DNA of 64,000 bases from an uncultured bacterium (GCA_964621455.1 CAZULW010000005.1:6705-70704), one strand, 5' to 3'. Counted from the stretch's first letter, positions 44,229-53,911 are shown. A program made the numbers and translations. The notes: a model not told the origin generated them from the sequence alone.

Positions 44229-45133
44229 CCGAACTTCTCCATCCGTATGAGGTCACGCAGGAGGCTGATATCATGCAGCCCCTGGATTTCAACCGCAGGA
44301 GCCGCCTCAAGCACGTTGATCAGACCTTCAAGAGCGAGATCATCAACATTATCCGCCTGACCGAAATGGAAAAGCTCTTTCAGGTAAGGATTCTCGATGA
44401 TGCCGCCAGGGAGCGTTTCACCTTCCGCCCCGGCCAGTTCGTTATGGTGGAAGTCCCCGGCTATGGCGAGATACCCATATCCATATCCAGTTCACCTTCC
44501 CACAAGGGTTTCATCGAGCTGTGTATCCGCAAGGTGGGACTGGTCACCACCATTCTACACAAGTCCCGGCGGGGTGTCCCCATCGGAATCCGCGGCCCTT
44601 TCGGCACCCATTTCCCGATAGAAAAAATGCGCGGATGCAACATCCTCCTGATTGCGGGGGGACTGGGTCTGGCCCCGCTCCGGGCACCGATCTTCCAGGT
44701 AATCGAAAACCGGTCGAACTTCAAGAATGTGCATATCCTCTATGGAACCAAACAACCAAGTATGCTGCTTTTCAATTACCAGTATGAGGAATGGGACCGG
44801 ATCGCTGATATCGACCTGAAAGTCATAGTGGAGCAGGGTGACGAATCCTGGAGGGGTCCGGTAGGGATGATTACCGATCTGCTCGACGAAGTTGACATTG
44901 CCCCCCGGGAGACCTATGCCATCATCTGCGGCCCGCCGGTGATGTTCAAGTTTGTCTGCAACCACCTCACGCAGGAGGGGATACCGATGAACCGGATGTT
45001 CGTATCATTGGAACGCCGGATGCACTGCGGGATGGGCAAGTGTTGCCGGTGCAACATCGGATCAACTTATACCTGCCTTTCCGGGCCGGTCTTTGACTAC
45101 TGGAGCGTCATAAACCTCAAAGAAGCTATCTGA
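44225..45133 (+). CDS. Hydrogenase gamma subunit, FAD/NAD(P)-binding with C-terminal 2Fe-2S (HydG/AsrB-like)
   Basis: ATGA overlap at 44225. [11 protein letters not shown]-binding-like motif, [15 protein letters not shown]-binding motif, and C-terminal [10 protein letters not shown]. Confidence 0.88.
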   Translation: MTELLHPYEVTQEADIMQPLDFNRRSRLKHVDQTFKSEIINIIRLTEMEKLFQVRILDDAARERFTFRPGQFVMVEVPGYGEIPISISSSPSHKGFIELCIRKVGLVTTILHKSRRGVPIGIRGPFGTHFPIEKMRGCNILLIAGGLGLAPLRAPIFQVIENRSNFKNVHILYGTKQPSMLLFNYQYEEWDRIADIDLKVIVEQGDESWRGPVGMITDLLDEVDIAPRETYAIICGPPVMFKFVCNHLTQEGIPMNRMFVSLERRMHCGMGKCCRCNIGSTYTCLSGPVFDYWSVINLKEAI

Positions 45134-45144
45134 GGGATGATGAT

Positions 45145-45897
45145 ATGAAATACCTGGGTATCGAGCCTGTAAGATTAAAAATCGCCGTTTTTGATTTCAC
45201 CGGCTGTGAAGGATGCGAACTGCAATTGGCAAACAAGGAGGAAACCGCTGCGGATTTCCTGAAGGCCCTTGACGTTGTCAATTTCCGGGAGATTTCATCG
45301 GCGGGCGGCAACGACTACGATATTGCATTTATTGATGGGGCTGTTACCCGGGGGGATGAGATTACGCGCCTGATACAGATTCGCAAACAGGCAAAGTTAC
45401 TCGTGGCATTAGGAAGCTGCGCCTGCTTTGGGGGCGTAAACAGACTCAAGAACGTCCTTGACCTGAATAGGGTAAATCGAGAGGTCTATGGGAAAGATCC
45501 CAAGGAAACGCTTCCAGCGCGGTCGATTAAGGAAATCGTGCCGGTTGATCTGGAAATACCGGGGTGTCCCGTCAATAAAGACGAGGTAGAGCGAATCGTC
45601 CAGCACCTGATATGGGACATTCCGTTCCAGTTTCCCGTCTATCCGGTTTGCTTCGAGTGCAAACAGCGTTATACAACCTGCATATTCGAGCTGGGGCAGC
45701 TCTGTCTGGGTCCTATAACGCGGGGCGGCTGTAACGCTCCCTGCCCGGCGGGAGGCCTTGGCTGCTATGGTTGCCGCGGGCTGGCTGCGGATCCCAATTA
45801 CGACGAGTTCTTTACAATTGCCAGGGAAAGAGGTTATAAAAAGAAGGAACTTGATGAACACCTCAATTTCTTCGGCGGCTTCGAGGGGGTACGATGA
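45145..45897 (+). CDS. NiFe hydrogenase small subunit (group 3, HydD-like)
   Basis: FDFTGCEGCELQL, GSCACFGG and GCPV motifs of NuoB-like small subunits. Confidence 0.9.
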   Translation: MKYLGIEPVRLKIAVFDFTGCEGCELQLANKEETAADFLKALDVVNFREISSAGGNDYDIAFIDGAVTRGDEITRLIQIRKQAKLLVALGSCACFGGVNRLKNVLDLNRVNREVYGKDPKETLPARSIKEIVPVDLEIPGCPVNKDEVERIVQHLIWDIPFQFPVYPVCFECKQRYTTCIFELGQLCLGPITRGGCNAPCPAGGLGCYGCRGLAADPNYDEFFTIARERGYKKKELDEHLNFFGGFEGVR

Positions 45898-47162
45898 AAC
45901 TCAATCTCAATGTGGATGTCCATCATCTGACCCGGGTTGAGGGGCATGGAAATATCGTTGTACGGGTCAAGGACGGGAAGCTTCAGGAAGCCCGCTGGGA
46001 CGTGGTCGAGACCCCGCGCTACTTCGAGGCTATGCTCAAGGGCAAGCATTATACCAGTGCTGGTCTCCTAACTGCCCGGATTTGCGGTATATGCTCCTTC
46101 GGGCACTGCCTGGCCAGCCTGCGGGCCACCGAAAATGCCTTTGGTATATCAATCCCTGAGAAAGCAGCCTGGCTTCGCCTGTTAGCCAAACATGGTGAAA
46201 CGCTGCAGAGCCACTGTCTGCACCTCTTCTTCCTGGCCGCGCCGGACTTTCTCAGCGTTACCAGTGTCATCCCGCTGCTTGAGAGCCATCCGGAGGTTGT
46301 GGCCCTTGCTCTTCGACTAAAGGGTCTGGCTAACCACCTCAGCGAGGCCGTCGGCGGGCGGGCCACCCACCCCGTCTCGCTTCAGGTCGGCGGCGTTACC
46401 GCGATGCCGGAGGGACTCGGCGGCCTGCGGGATGAACTCGAACGCTCGCTCGATGACCTGGCTGTTGCGGCGGAGCTGTTTCACACCTTTGAGATCCCCG
46501 ACTTCGTCCGCGAGACCGAATTCGTGTCCCTTAAAGGAGAGGACGAATATCCATTTATTGGCGGACGACTGATCTCATCCGATGGAGTCGAGCATGCCGA
46601 GCATGAGTACCTGCCGATGACCAACGAATACGTGGATAAGAACAACACCTCCAAATGGTGCAAGCTTTCCCGGGAGTCCTTCGCCGTCGGAGCCCTGGCC
46701 CGCTTCAACAATAACCACAGCCTGCTCCATCCCCGGGCCCTTGAAATAGCCTCTTCGCTGGGCCTTACCCCGGTGTGCCACAACCCATTCATGAACAACA
46801 TCGCTCAGCTGGTCGAATGCGTCCATGTCGTCCACGACTCCGTCCGGCTGATCGACAAATTGCTGGAGTCCGACCCCGGGCCAACTATGGTGCCGGTTAC
46901 ACCGCAGGCAGGCGAAGGGGTGGGAGCGGTCGAAGCCCCGCGCGGTATCCTTTACCATCACTACAAGTACGACGAAAAGGGTCGCATCACAAAGGCTAAC
47001 TGCGTGATTCCCACTACACAAAACAACGCCAACATCCACCACGATATGCACGACCTGGTCGAGCAGTTTGCCGTCCAGGGAATGAATAATGAGAAGCTTG
47101 AACTCCTGTGTTCAATGCTGGTGCGGGCCTATGATCCCTGCATCTCGTGTTCCGTACACTGA
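45894..47162 (+). CDS. NiFe hydrogenase large subunit (group 3b, HydA-like)
   Basis: RVEGHG, RICGICSFGH (L1) and C-terminal DPCISCSVH (L2) NiFe ligand motifs. Confidence 0.93.
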   Translation: MKLNLNVDVHHLTRVEGHGNIVVRVKDGKLQEARWDVVETPRYFEAMLKGKHYTSAGLLTARICGICSFGHCLASLRATENAFGISIPEKAAWLRLLAKHGETLQSHCLHLFFLAAPDFLSVTSVIPLLESHPEVVALALRLKGLANHLSEAVGGRATHPVSLQVGGVTAMPEGLGGLRDELERSLDDLAVAAELFHTFEIPDFVRETEFVSLKGEDEYPFIGGRLISSDGVEHAEHEYLPMTNEYVDKNNTSKWCKLSRESFAVGALARFNNNHSLLHPRALEIASSLGLTPVCHNPFMNNIAQLVECVHVVHDSVRLIDKLLESDPGPTMVPVTPQAGEGVGAVEAPRGILYHHYKYDEKGRITKANCVIPTTQNNANIHHDMHDLVEQFAVQGMNNEKLELLCSMLVRAYDPCISCSVH

Positions 47163-47188
47163 TCCTGGGGCGACCTGATGCTGCTGAA

Positions 47189-47230
47189 GTGATTGGTGAT
47201 TGGTGACTGGTGACTGGTGACTGGTGACTG
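47189..47230 (+). repeat. Heptanucleotide tandem array (GTGAYTG)x6
   Basis: gtgattg x2 then gtgactg x4, 27 nt after the hydrogenase stop. A related array lies at 52574-52608. Confidence 0.9.
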
Positions 47231-47454
47231 GCCTTGGCTGATAGCAGCAACGGGGTGATTTGCAGCTGAAAAGCGACGCCCGGGGCCAAGCACGACCCCG
47301 CCAACGCCCCGGAGGAACCCCTTCACTACCCACCAGCAACCCCGGCAAAGCCCACCGGATACCCACGCAATGGCCAGCAAATGGCCAGCTCCTGCCGAGG
47401 GGAGCGATGAACCAATACCGCGGGCACGAAAAAAAAGTGCGTTGCGGTCAGAAA

Positions 47455-47892
47455 TCATTCCGCGGCCTCCTGAGACGCTTCCTGTTCCGCCTCCTCCTCA
47501 GCCTGCCTTTCGACGCTGGCGATCCGGCTGCCCTTGCGGATAGCATGTATCATGATATTCGCCAGTTGCTCCTTGTCTGACAGCGCGTTGCGGGCCGATT
47601 TGATGGCGCCTTCCACGATCTGATTGCTGGTGACGGCCTCGGCAATCTGTTTGCCGCGCAGCTCATCGGACCGGCGGGCCACCAGCTCCTCGATACGCCG
47701 GCGGCGGGCCGTCCAGCGGCCCCGCTCCATCCAGCGCTTGACGGTGGCCGGGGAGGGCGCCCGGTCGCCATATTGCCGGCGCAGACGATAGACCACCTCC
47801 GCCCGGGTATGCCCGGCGCAGTAGTAGGCGAAGGCCCCGCCGATGGCGGGGTGCTGGGGGAAGCGAGCTGTTCTGGTCCGCGCTTTCTTCAT
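47455..47892 (-). CDS. Orphan HTH protein resembling phage terminase small-subunit/gpP-like N-terminal domains
   Basis: YYCAGHTRAEVVYRLRRQYGDRAPSPATVKRWMERGRW (HTH-like) followed by a coiled, acidic C-terminus. No phage genes are adjacent. Confidence 0.55.
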   Translation of the reverse strand: MKKARTRTARFPQHPAIGGAFAYYCAGHTRAEVVYRLRRQYGDRAPSPATVKRWMERGRWTARRRRIEELVARRSDELRGKQIAEAVTSNQIVEGAIKSARNALSDKEQLANIMIHAIRKGSRIASVERQAEEEAEQEASQEAAE

Positions 47893-47974
47893 GCCGGGAA
47901 GCTAAGGAAAAGGGAAGGCCGACGCTTTCGCCCGGTGCGCGTGGTGCGCGGGGTGCACCCACCCCATTCACTTC

Positions 47975-48263
47975 CCCGCCGTTGGCGGGACAGGCGTGAA
48001 GTCCCCTCCCTCGCTGAGGGAGGGGAAAAGAGGGGAAGATCATTCGATCCGGCGGTTGTCGTACAAGTCCGCCTGTGGCGGGGGTGGGTGAGGTCATTCC
48101 CCCTGCCTTCGCAGAGCCGTCTGCTCATTCGCAGATGGATTCGCATCCCTCCTGCGAGGCGGTAAACCACCTCGCTGAATCGAACCCCGCTCCTGGCGGG
48201 GGATAACCCACCCCCTTCCCGACACTCGTGTCGGGATGCCCCCTCCCTCACTGAGGGAGGGGG
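47975..48263. repeat. Two copies of a composite GC-rich hairpin element
   Basis: CCCGCC-gtt-GGCGGG (47975-89) plus a 10-bp CCCCTCCCTC/GAGGGAGGGG hairpin (48003-25). The second copy has a CCCCGC/GCGGGG hairpin (48185-201), an 8-bp CCCGACAC/GTGTCGGG hairpin (48218-35) and an 11-bp CCCCCTCCCTC/GAGGGAGGGGG hairpin (48239-63). Confidence 0.8.
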
Positions 48264-48285
48264 GAAAGGGGGGTGGGTGCCTCAC

Positions 48286-48322
48286 GTCAAGCGTTGACAT
48301 TCTATAGCCACACGCTTAATTT
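48286..48322 (+). promoter_or_regulatory. Candidate sigma70-like promoter with a palindrome over the -35 box
   Basis: TTGACA at 48294-48299, a 17-nt spacer and TAATTT at 48317-48322. The GTCAA-gcg-TTGAC palindrome at 48286-48298 overlaps the -35 box. Host promoter rules are unknown. Confidence 0.3.
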
Positions 48323-48424
48323 TTCAGTACATTCGCCTGAACATCATTCAGGAGCGCCTGATGTCCTTCACAGCTGTAGAACATGTATTCAAACAGGCTA
48401 AACCGGGACTTTACCTAAAAAAAT

Positions 48425-51400
48425 ATGGAAACCGCCATGCGCTATTCCTTGAAATATACCCTCCTCATCTGGGTTTTACCCCTCACTATAGCCTCGGGCG
48501 CCACCATCCACGTACCCGCAGACTCTACGACCATCCAGGCTGCCCTCACCGCTGCCCAATCAGGCGACACCGTCCTCGTCCAACCCGGCACTTACTATGA
48601 GAACATCACTTGGCCCAGTGTGAACGGGATCAAGCTGATCAGTGCCGGGGATTCAAGTAACACGGTTATCGATGGGGGCGGGATTGGCAGGGTGATTGAA
48701 ATGAGTTGGTCCCCCACACCGATAGATAGTACCACAGAGATTCGGGGGTTCAAGCTTACGAACGGGGGCAATATTGCCAATGGTGGTGGAATGTTTGTCA
48801 GCAATGCCAGCCCGGTGCTTACCCGGCTATGTGTTACCGGTAACACCGCCACTAATAAAGGCGGCGGGCTTTACATCTCGGGTAGCAGTAGCAGTCCCAC
48901 GCTGACGTACGTGACCGTGACCGGCAACACGGCCGGTTACGGCGGCGGGCTTTACATCTCGGGTAGCAGTAGCAGTCCCACGCTGACGGATGTGACCGTG
49001 AGTGGCAACACGGCCGGTTCTGGCGGCGGGCTTTACATCGGAAGTAATAGCAGTCCCGCGCTGACGGATGTGATCGTGAGCGGCAACACGGCCAGTTCTT
49101 ACGGCGGCGGGCTTTACATTTGGGGCGGCAGTCCCACGCTGACGGGCGTGACCGTGACCGGCAACACGGCCAGTTCTTACGGCGGCGGGCTTTACATTTG
49201 GGCCGGCAGTCCCATGCTGACGGACGTGACCGTGGCCGGCAACACGGCCAGTCACGGCGGCGGGCTTTACATTATCCGCAATAGCAGTCCCACGCTGACG
49301 GACGTGACTGTGAGCGGCAACACCGCCAGTTCTGGCGGCGGCGGGCTTTACATTATCGACAATAGCAGTCCCACGCTGACGCGTGTCACAGTGAGCAGTA
49401 ACCTGGGTGCCGGGCTTTACTTTGGAGGTAGCAGTGGCGTGCTGGTGAATGTTACCATAACCGGGAATACCAGTGGCATCTACGTTGAAAGTGGCACCCC
49501 CACCATCGCCGGCTCCAATATCGCCTACCACGGCACCGGGCTTCACAACGCCGATAACAGCAATTTCATTGATGCCGATAACACTTGGTGGGGTAATTCT
49601 GCTGGTCCCTACCACCCGCAACAAAATCCCGAAGGTCTGGGGGACAGTGTAAATACATTCGTGGACATCACGCCCTTCCTCACCGAACCGGATACTGCTG
49701 CCCCACCAATTCCGATTCAAAATCTTGCTGCAACCGAAACAGGTAATGATTTCATCAGCCTGACTTGGGATGCAAGCCCGCTCGGTGATCTTGCGGGCTA
49801 TAAGGTTTACTATGACACCGACTCTACCGGATTCCCTTATGCCGATACCGTTGATGTTGGAGCCGATACATCATACAGCCTCTCAGGCTTGCCATTAAGC
49901 ACAACCTTTTACCTTGCGGTTACCTGCTATGATACCGATGGCAACGAGAGCTGGTATTCCGAAGAGGTTTCCGCGGTAACTCGAATTCTGGAAGTTCAAA
50001 ATCTGGACATCGGCGGAGATGAAAATCTGCAACATCTTGTAACGCATACTCCCGCAGTATCTTTCGACTACTACGATAGCATAGGAGAGCCTCAAACCAC
50101 CTACCATGTTCAGATCTCAACTCAGTCTGACTTCTCATCCATAGACGTATGGGATACCGGAGAGATTGCGAGTAATGCCACAACCGTCACTTATGCCGGT
50201 AGTTCACTGGAAGATGGCCAGACCTATTACCTTCGGGTGAAAGTGGCCAGCGGTGGTTTCTGGAGTGTTTGGGCAACACTGGAATTTCGGATGAACTCCG
50301 AACCATCTGCGCCCGTTGCCGTTGCGCCAATCAACGATGCCGTAGTTTCACCACTCGTGATTCTAAAGGTTTTGAACAGCACCGACGCGGAAGAAGATAC
50401 TCTGACCTATTCATTCAAAATCTACGGTGATGTCAGCCTGAGCACATTATTGGACTCGGCGATAGCAGTGCTTGAAGGCCAGGACACCACCAGTTGGCAG
50501 GTCGCAGCCGAATTGCCTGACAATGGGCAATATTGGTGGACTGCTTCTGTCAATGATGGGTATGAGGAGGGCGCAGTATCCGATACGGTTTCCTTCCTTC
50601 TCAATGCCGTCAACGACGCTCCTGAGGTATTTGCCTTGCTTTCTCCTCAAGACAGTGCCGAAGTAACGACATTAACTCCACTGCTGGATTGGGAGGCTGC
50701 GTTTGATCCTGATCCTGTTGATACCGTTCGCTATTCACTGTACCTCGATATGCCCGATCCGGGCGTAGTAGTCATTTCTACCGATACAGCAACATCCTAC
50801 CAGGTCGTATCACCCTTATCTGACAACACTACCTATTACTGGAGGGTGGTGGCCCGGGATCTGGCCGGGGCCACGACGGAGAACACCGGGGGGTACCACA
50901 GCTTCCGGGTGAATACGACCAATGACCCGCCCTCGGAGTTTGCCCTGGTGAGTCCTGCCGACGGAGCGATGGTCACCGATCTAACTCCGATCTTCTTATG
51001 GCAGAAGTCATTAGATCCTGATAATGACCAGTCAGGGATATTATACCGATTCTATCTTGGCTCTGATTCACTGCTGACGGGTGTTACACCTGTGGATATG
51101 GACACTAACAGTTATGCTCTTTCAGTGGATTTACAGGAAGATGAGGTCTATTACTGGAAGGTGGTGGCGGTTGACAGTTACGGAGGTGAGACCGCCTCGG
51201 AGGCGTGGTGGTTCTGGACCAACAGTGTGAACAGTCCGCCGGTGGAGTTTGCCCTTGCCGATCCTCCTAACGGTAGTGAGGTTGCCCTGCTCACGCCTAC
51301 CTTTGCCTGGCATCCCTCAGGAGATGCTGACATTGGGGATGTAGTCTCATACCGGCTGGAGCTGGGGCCTGAAGTGGATAGCCTACAGGTAGTCTATAGC

Positions 51401-52465
51401 GGCAGTGATACCACCTACACTCCAGCAGACTCGCTAACTGACAATACTACCTATTACTGGAAGGTGTTGGCGGTAGACCTATCCGGGGCCACCACGGAGA
51501 ACACCGGCGGGTATTATAGATTTATCTCAAACGTTGAGAATGAACCACCGTCGATGGTTTTTCTGGTAACTCCGTCAGATAGTAGTATAGAGATCACTCT
51601 CAAGCCAAACTTCTACTGGACAGAAGCCGTCGATCCTGATCCGGGTGATATGGTGGCATACGGTCTCTATTACTGGCTAAATGGTGTCAATCCTCCAGAC
51701 TCGCTGATGCTCGATACAAACAGTGTTGATATTGCATCACCACTGGAGGATAACAGCCAGTATCGGTGGGCGGTAAAGAGCTATGATAATAATGGTGCCC
51801 GATCAATCTCTGATACCGTCCTGTTCTGGACGGATGTATATCCTGAACCACCGCTTCAGTTCGCTACAGTTCAGCCAGCGAATGACACCACCGGACTGCC
51901 GACATCGGTGGAATTTATCTGGCACAGCGCGGTCGATCCCGATCCGCTGGATCAAATAGTATATATCCTGACATACGCTACCGATTGGTCGGATAGCTTG
52001 ACTCATTCCAGAATAGAAGGGATCAGCGATACAACATTGTCCCTCACTCTTGAGGATAATACAGAATACTTCTGGTTGGTAGAGGCGATGGACAAGGACA
52101 GCCTGATCACCAGCAGCAACGACAACACACCAATTCGCTTTGTGGTTGGGAATCTTTTAGGGGTAGATGCAATTGCGGGTATCCCTGAGAAGTATGCTCT
52201 CCACCAGAACTATCCCAATCCCTTTAACCCGACTTCAACAATCCAGTATGACTTACCGGAGGCCATCTATCTGCGGATTCTCGTCTATGATATTATGGGC
52301 CGTGAGATAGTCCGGCTCGTGGATGACCATATGGAACCCGGCTACCATCAGGTTATGTGGAACGGCCGAGACAGCGTAGGTCGGGAGGTCCCAACCGGGG
52401 TCTACATCGCCCGGCTAGTAACGCCCCAGTATGCCAAGTCTATCAAGATGCTATTATTAAAGTAA
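48425..52465 (+). CDS. Giant secreted beta-helix / repeated Ig-FN3-like domain protein with a T9SS C-terminal sorting domain
   Basis: Signal peptide. 8-9 PbH1-type coils (GGGLYI...SPTLTDVTVSGNTA). About 9 repeats of a roughly 100-aa module (..DPDPxD..Y.L......YYW.V.A.D). The C-terminus YPNPFNPTSTIQYDLPE...GVYIARL is a Por/T9SS CTD. Confidence 0.92.
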   Translation: METAMRYSLKYTLLIWVLPLTIASGATIHVPADSTTIQAALTAAQSGDTVLVQPGTYYENITWPSVNGIKLISAGDSSNTVIDGGGIGRVIEMSWSPTPIDSTTEIRGFKLTNGGNIANGGGMFVSNASPVLTRLCVTGNTATNKGGGLYISGSSSSPTLTYVTVTGNTAGYGGGLYISGSSSSPTLTDVTVSGNTAGSGGGLYIGSNSSPALTDVIVSGNTASSYGGGLYIWGGSPTLTGVTVTGNTASSYGGGLYIWAGSPMLTDVTVAGNTASHGGGLYIIRNSSPTLTDVTVSGNTASSGGGGLYIIDNSSPTLTRVTVSSNLGAGLYFGGSSGVLVNVTITGNTSGIYVESGTPTIAGSNIAYHGTGLHNADNSNFIDADNTWWGNSAGPYHPQQNPEGLGDSVNTFVDITPFLTEPDTAAPPIPIQNLAATETGNDFISLTWDASPLGDLAGYKVYYDTDSTGFPYADTVDVGADTSYSLSGLPLSTTFYLAVTCYDTDGNESWYSEEVSAVTRILEVQNLDIGGDENLQHLVTHTPAVSFDYYDSIGEPQTTYHVQISTQSDFSSIDVWDTGEIASNATTVTYAGSSLEDGQTYYLRVKVASGGFWSVWATLEFRMNSEPSAPVAVAPINDAVVSPLVILKVLNSTDAEEDTLTYSFKIYGDVSLSTLLDSAIAVLEGQDTTSWQVAAELPDNGQYWWTASVNDGYEEGAVSDTVSFLLNAVNDAPEVFALLSPQDSAEVTTLTPLLDWEAAFDPDPVDTVRYSLYLDMPDPGVVVISTDTATSYQVVSPLSDNTTYYWRVVARDLAGATTENTGGYHSFRVNTTNDPPSEFALVSPADGAMVTDLTPIFLWQKSLDPDNDQSGILYRFYLGSDSLLTGVTPVDMDTNSYALSVDLQEDEVYYWKVVAVDSYGGETASEAWWFWTNSVNSPPVEFALADPPNGSEVALLTPTFAWHPSGDADIGDVVSYRLELGPEVDSLQVVYSGSDTTYTPADSLTDNTTYYWKVLAVDLSGATTENTGGYYRFISNVENEPPSMVFLVTPSDSSIEITLKPNFYWTEAVDPDPGDMVAYGLYYWLNGVNPPDSLMLDTNSVDIASPLEDNSQYRWAVKSYDNNGARSISDTVLFWTDVYPEPPLQFATVQPANDTTGLPTSVEFIWHSAVDPDPLDQIVYILTYATDWSDSLTHSRIEGISDTTLSLTLEDNTEYFWLVEAMDKDSLITSSNDNTPIRFVVGNLLGVDAIAGIPEKYALHQNYPNPFNPTSTIQYDLPEAIYLRILVYDIMGREIVRLVDDHMEPGYHQVMWNGRDSVGREVPTGVYIARLVTPQYAKSIKMLLLK
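48860..49400 (+). repeat. In-frame near-identical 66-72-nt tandem repeats encoding beta-helix coils
   Basis: ggcggcgggctttacat...agtcccacgctgacgg.tgtgaccgtga..ggcaacacggcc is repeated about 8 times. The first two units differ at only a handful of positions. Confidence 0.9.
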
Positions 52466-52573
52466 GCGTCCGTGTAGTCCCGCAGGATGCGGGGCTATTA
52501 TTGAAATAGCGTACGGAAAGTCCCGTCCTTGATCCCGCCACCGGCGGGGCCGTAGGCGGGGGTCCTGTTGAAG

Positions 52574-52608
52574 TGAGCTGGTGATTGGTAACTGGTGACT
52601 GGTGATCG
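52574..52608 (+). repeat. Second, degenerate heptanucleotide array (GTGAGCT/GTGATTG/GTAACTG/GTGACTG/GTGATCG)
   Basis: Same orientation and same tgaagtga lead-in as the array at 47189. Confidence 0.8.
52575..52597 (+). terminator. Hairpin downstream of the T9SS gene (possible terminator)
   Basis: tagtcccgca-gga-tgcggggcta forms a 10-bp stem with one G-U pair. The following U-tract (ttatt) is weak. Confidence 0.4.
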
Positions 52609-52846
52609 GGGCTGGATAGGAGCCACACCGCCGAGCACGCTGAGGCCGCTGAGGTCTATTACTTCCTCTTTTTCTATCCTGTCAATCCTGTTATCCTGTC
52701 CAATTCTTCCTTGGCGTCCCTTCGGCCCGCCTGGTGGCGGTCTCAGGGCGGGCTTGGCGGTTATATCTCTCCTCTGTGTCCTCTGCGCCCTCTGCGGTTC
52801 CTCTCTTCTTCGCTGCCCGCTGACCGCTGATCGCCTCCTGCGCAGC

Positions 52847-53911
52847 CTACGATCCCAGGCCCAGCACCTGGTAAAGCCGGCTAAAGTCGAAGTTTGACTC
52901 GAAGATCTGCAGGAACAGTTCGAGCTTCTGGGTTTCATGGAAGCGCGTGCGCCCGAAAAACTGGTTAATCGTCTCCACCGTCTCCAGCGTTGATTGATGC
53001 GATAAGATAATAGGCACGCCTTGTCCTTCAGCCTGCGCGATGATTTGTGGACTGGGATGCAGGTCTCCGGTCAGGATCAGGCAGCGGGTTGATGTCTCCA
53101 GAGCCGCCAGGTGGATGTCCGACCGGTCACCTCCGGTAATGACGGCCTTGTTTGGCTTTCGCCGGAAGTGAGTCAGGGCGTGGTCTACACCCATGGCCCC
53201 GACGGCCAGGTTCTCCACCAATGCATCGGTGTACTCCTCGCCGGCCAGGATCTTGCCGTTGATACCGTCGGCCAGTTCACGAACAGTTGCCGCGGTCAGC
53301 AGGCGTTGTCGGGGAAGCAACCCCAGGATCGGGATACCCTGTCCCTCGAGAATCGGCACTACCGCATCCGAGAACAGGTCGCGTTCCCGTTTTGGTACTG
53401 CATTAATTACCGCTCCGATCAAACGATCACCCAGGAGATGACGCGCCAGCAGAATGTCATCCCCGGTCAATCGGGCTGAATAGCGACTCACAACCAGGGT
53501 TGGCAGGTCCAGCAACTCGGCAATTTCGGGCGCTGACAGACCGAATAGGCCCCCTTCAGCCAAATCGCCGCCCCCTTCCACGATCAGGATATCGGCCTCC
53601 GCACTTAACTGGGCAAAGGCGGCCTTAACTCGGGCCGGCAGGTCCGTTTTATCCTGCAAGGCTTTCTCCACGACCGAAGCTGTGAGCTCCACTGGAACAA
53701 TCATACTTAAAGGGGCGGCCAGGTCGAAGGTCTGCTTAATAAACTGAGCATCTTCATCGGCAAGCCGTCTCCCGGTAACGTGGGGTGTGGCGCTTACCGG
53801 TTTCAGATAGCCAGTTCTATAACCATCCTGGCGCAGGTGCTGCATCAGGCCGGCTATTAGGGCCGTCTTACCTGTGAAAGTCTCGGTTGAAACAACGAAA
53901 AGTGAGGTCAT
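52847..53911 (-). CDS. Pta-N-terminal-like protein (BioD-like P-loop plus DRTGG domain) lacking a PTA catalytic domain
   Basis: STETFTGKTAL P-loop-like motif, a central AAA/CobQ-like region and VITGGDRSDI (DRTGG-like). 354 aa. Confidence 0.75.
   Translation of the reverse strand: MTSLFVVSTETFTGKTALIAGLMQHLRQDGYRTGYLKPVSATPHVTGRRLADEDAQFIKQTFDLAAPLSMIVPVELTASVVEKALQDKTDLPARVKAAFAQLSAEADILIVEGGGDLAEGGLFGLSAPEIAELLDLPTLVVSRYSARLTGDDILLARHLLGDRLIGAVINAVPKRERDLFSDAVVPILEGQGIPILGLLPRQRLLTAATVRELADGINGKILAGEEYTDALVENLAVGAMGVDHALTHFRRKPNKAVITGGDRSDIHLAALETSTRCLILTGDLHPSPQIIAQAEGQGVPIILSHQSTLETVETINQFFGRTRFHETQKLELFLQIFESNFDFSRLYQVLGLGS

Noticed and set aside
47400-47454. The hairpin ACCGCAACGCAC-T8-CGTGCCCGCGGT as a terminator of the HTH gene.
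   Set aside because: The T/A run sits in the loop rather than after the stem, and the stem has a 3x2 internal loop. This is not a canonical intrinsic terminator.
47014-47458. ORFs translating the heptamer array (…SPVTSHQSPVTSHQSPITS…). The same applies at 52443-52628.
   Set aside because: This is a periodic translation of a 7-nt tandem repeat, which is not coding. The arrays are intergenic.
48860-49400. A possible CRISPR array suggested by regular direct repeats.
   Set aside because: The repeats are contiguous with no unique spacers, are in frame, and encode beta-helix coils of the T9SS protein. The heptamer arrays are far too short. No cas genes are present.
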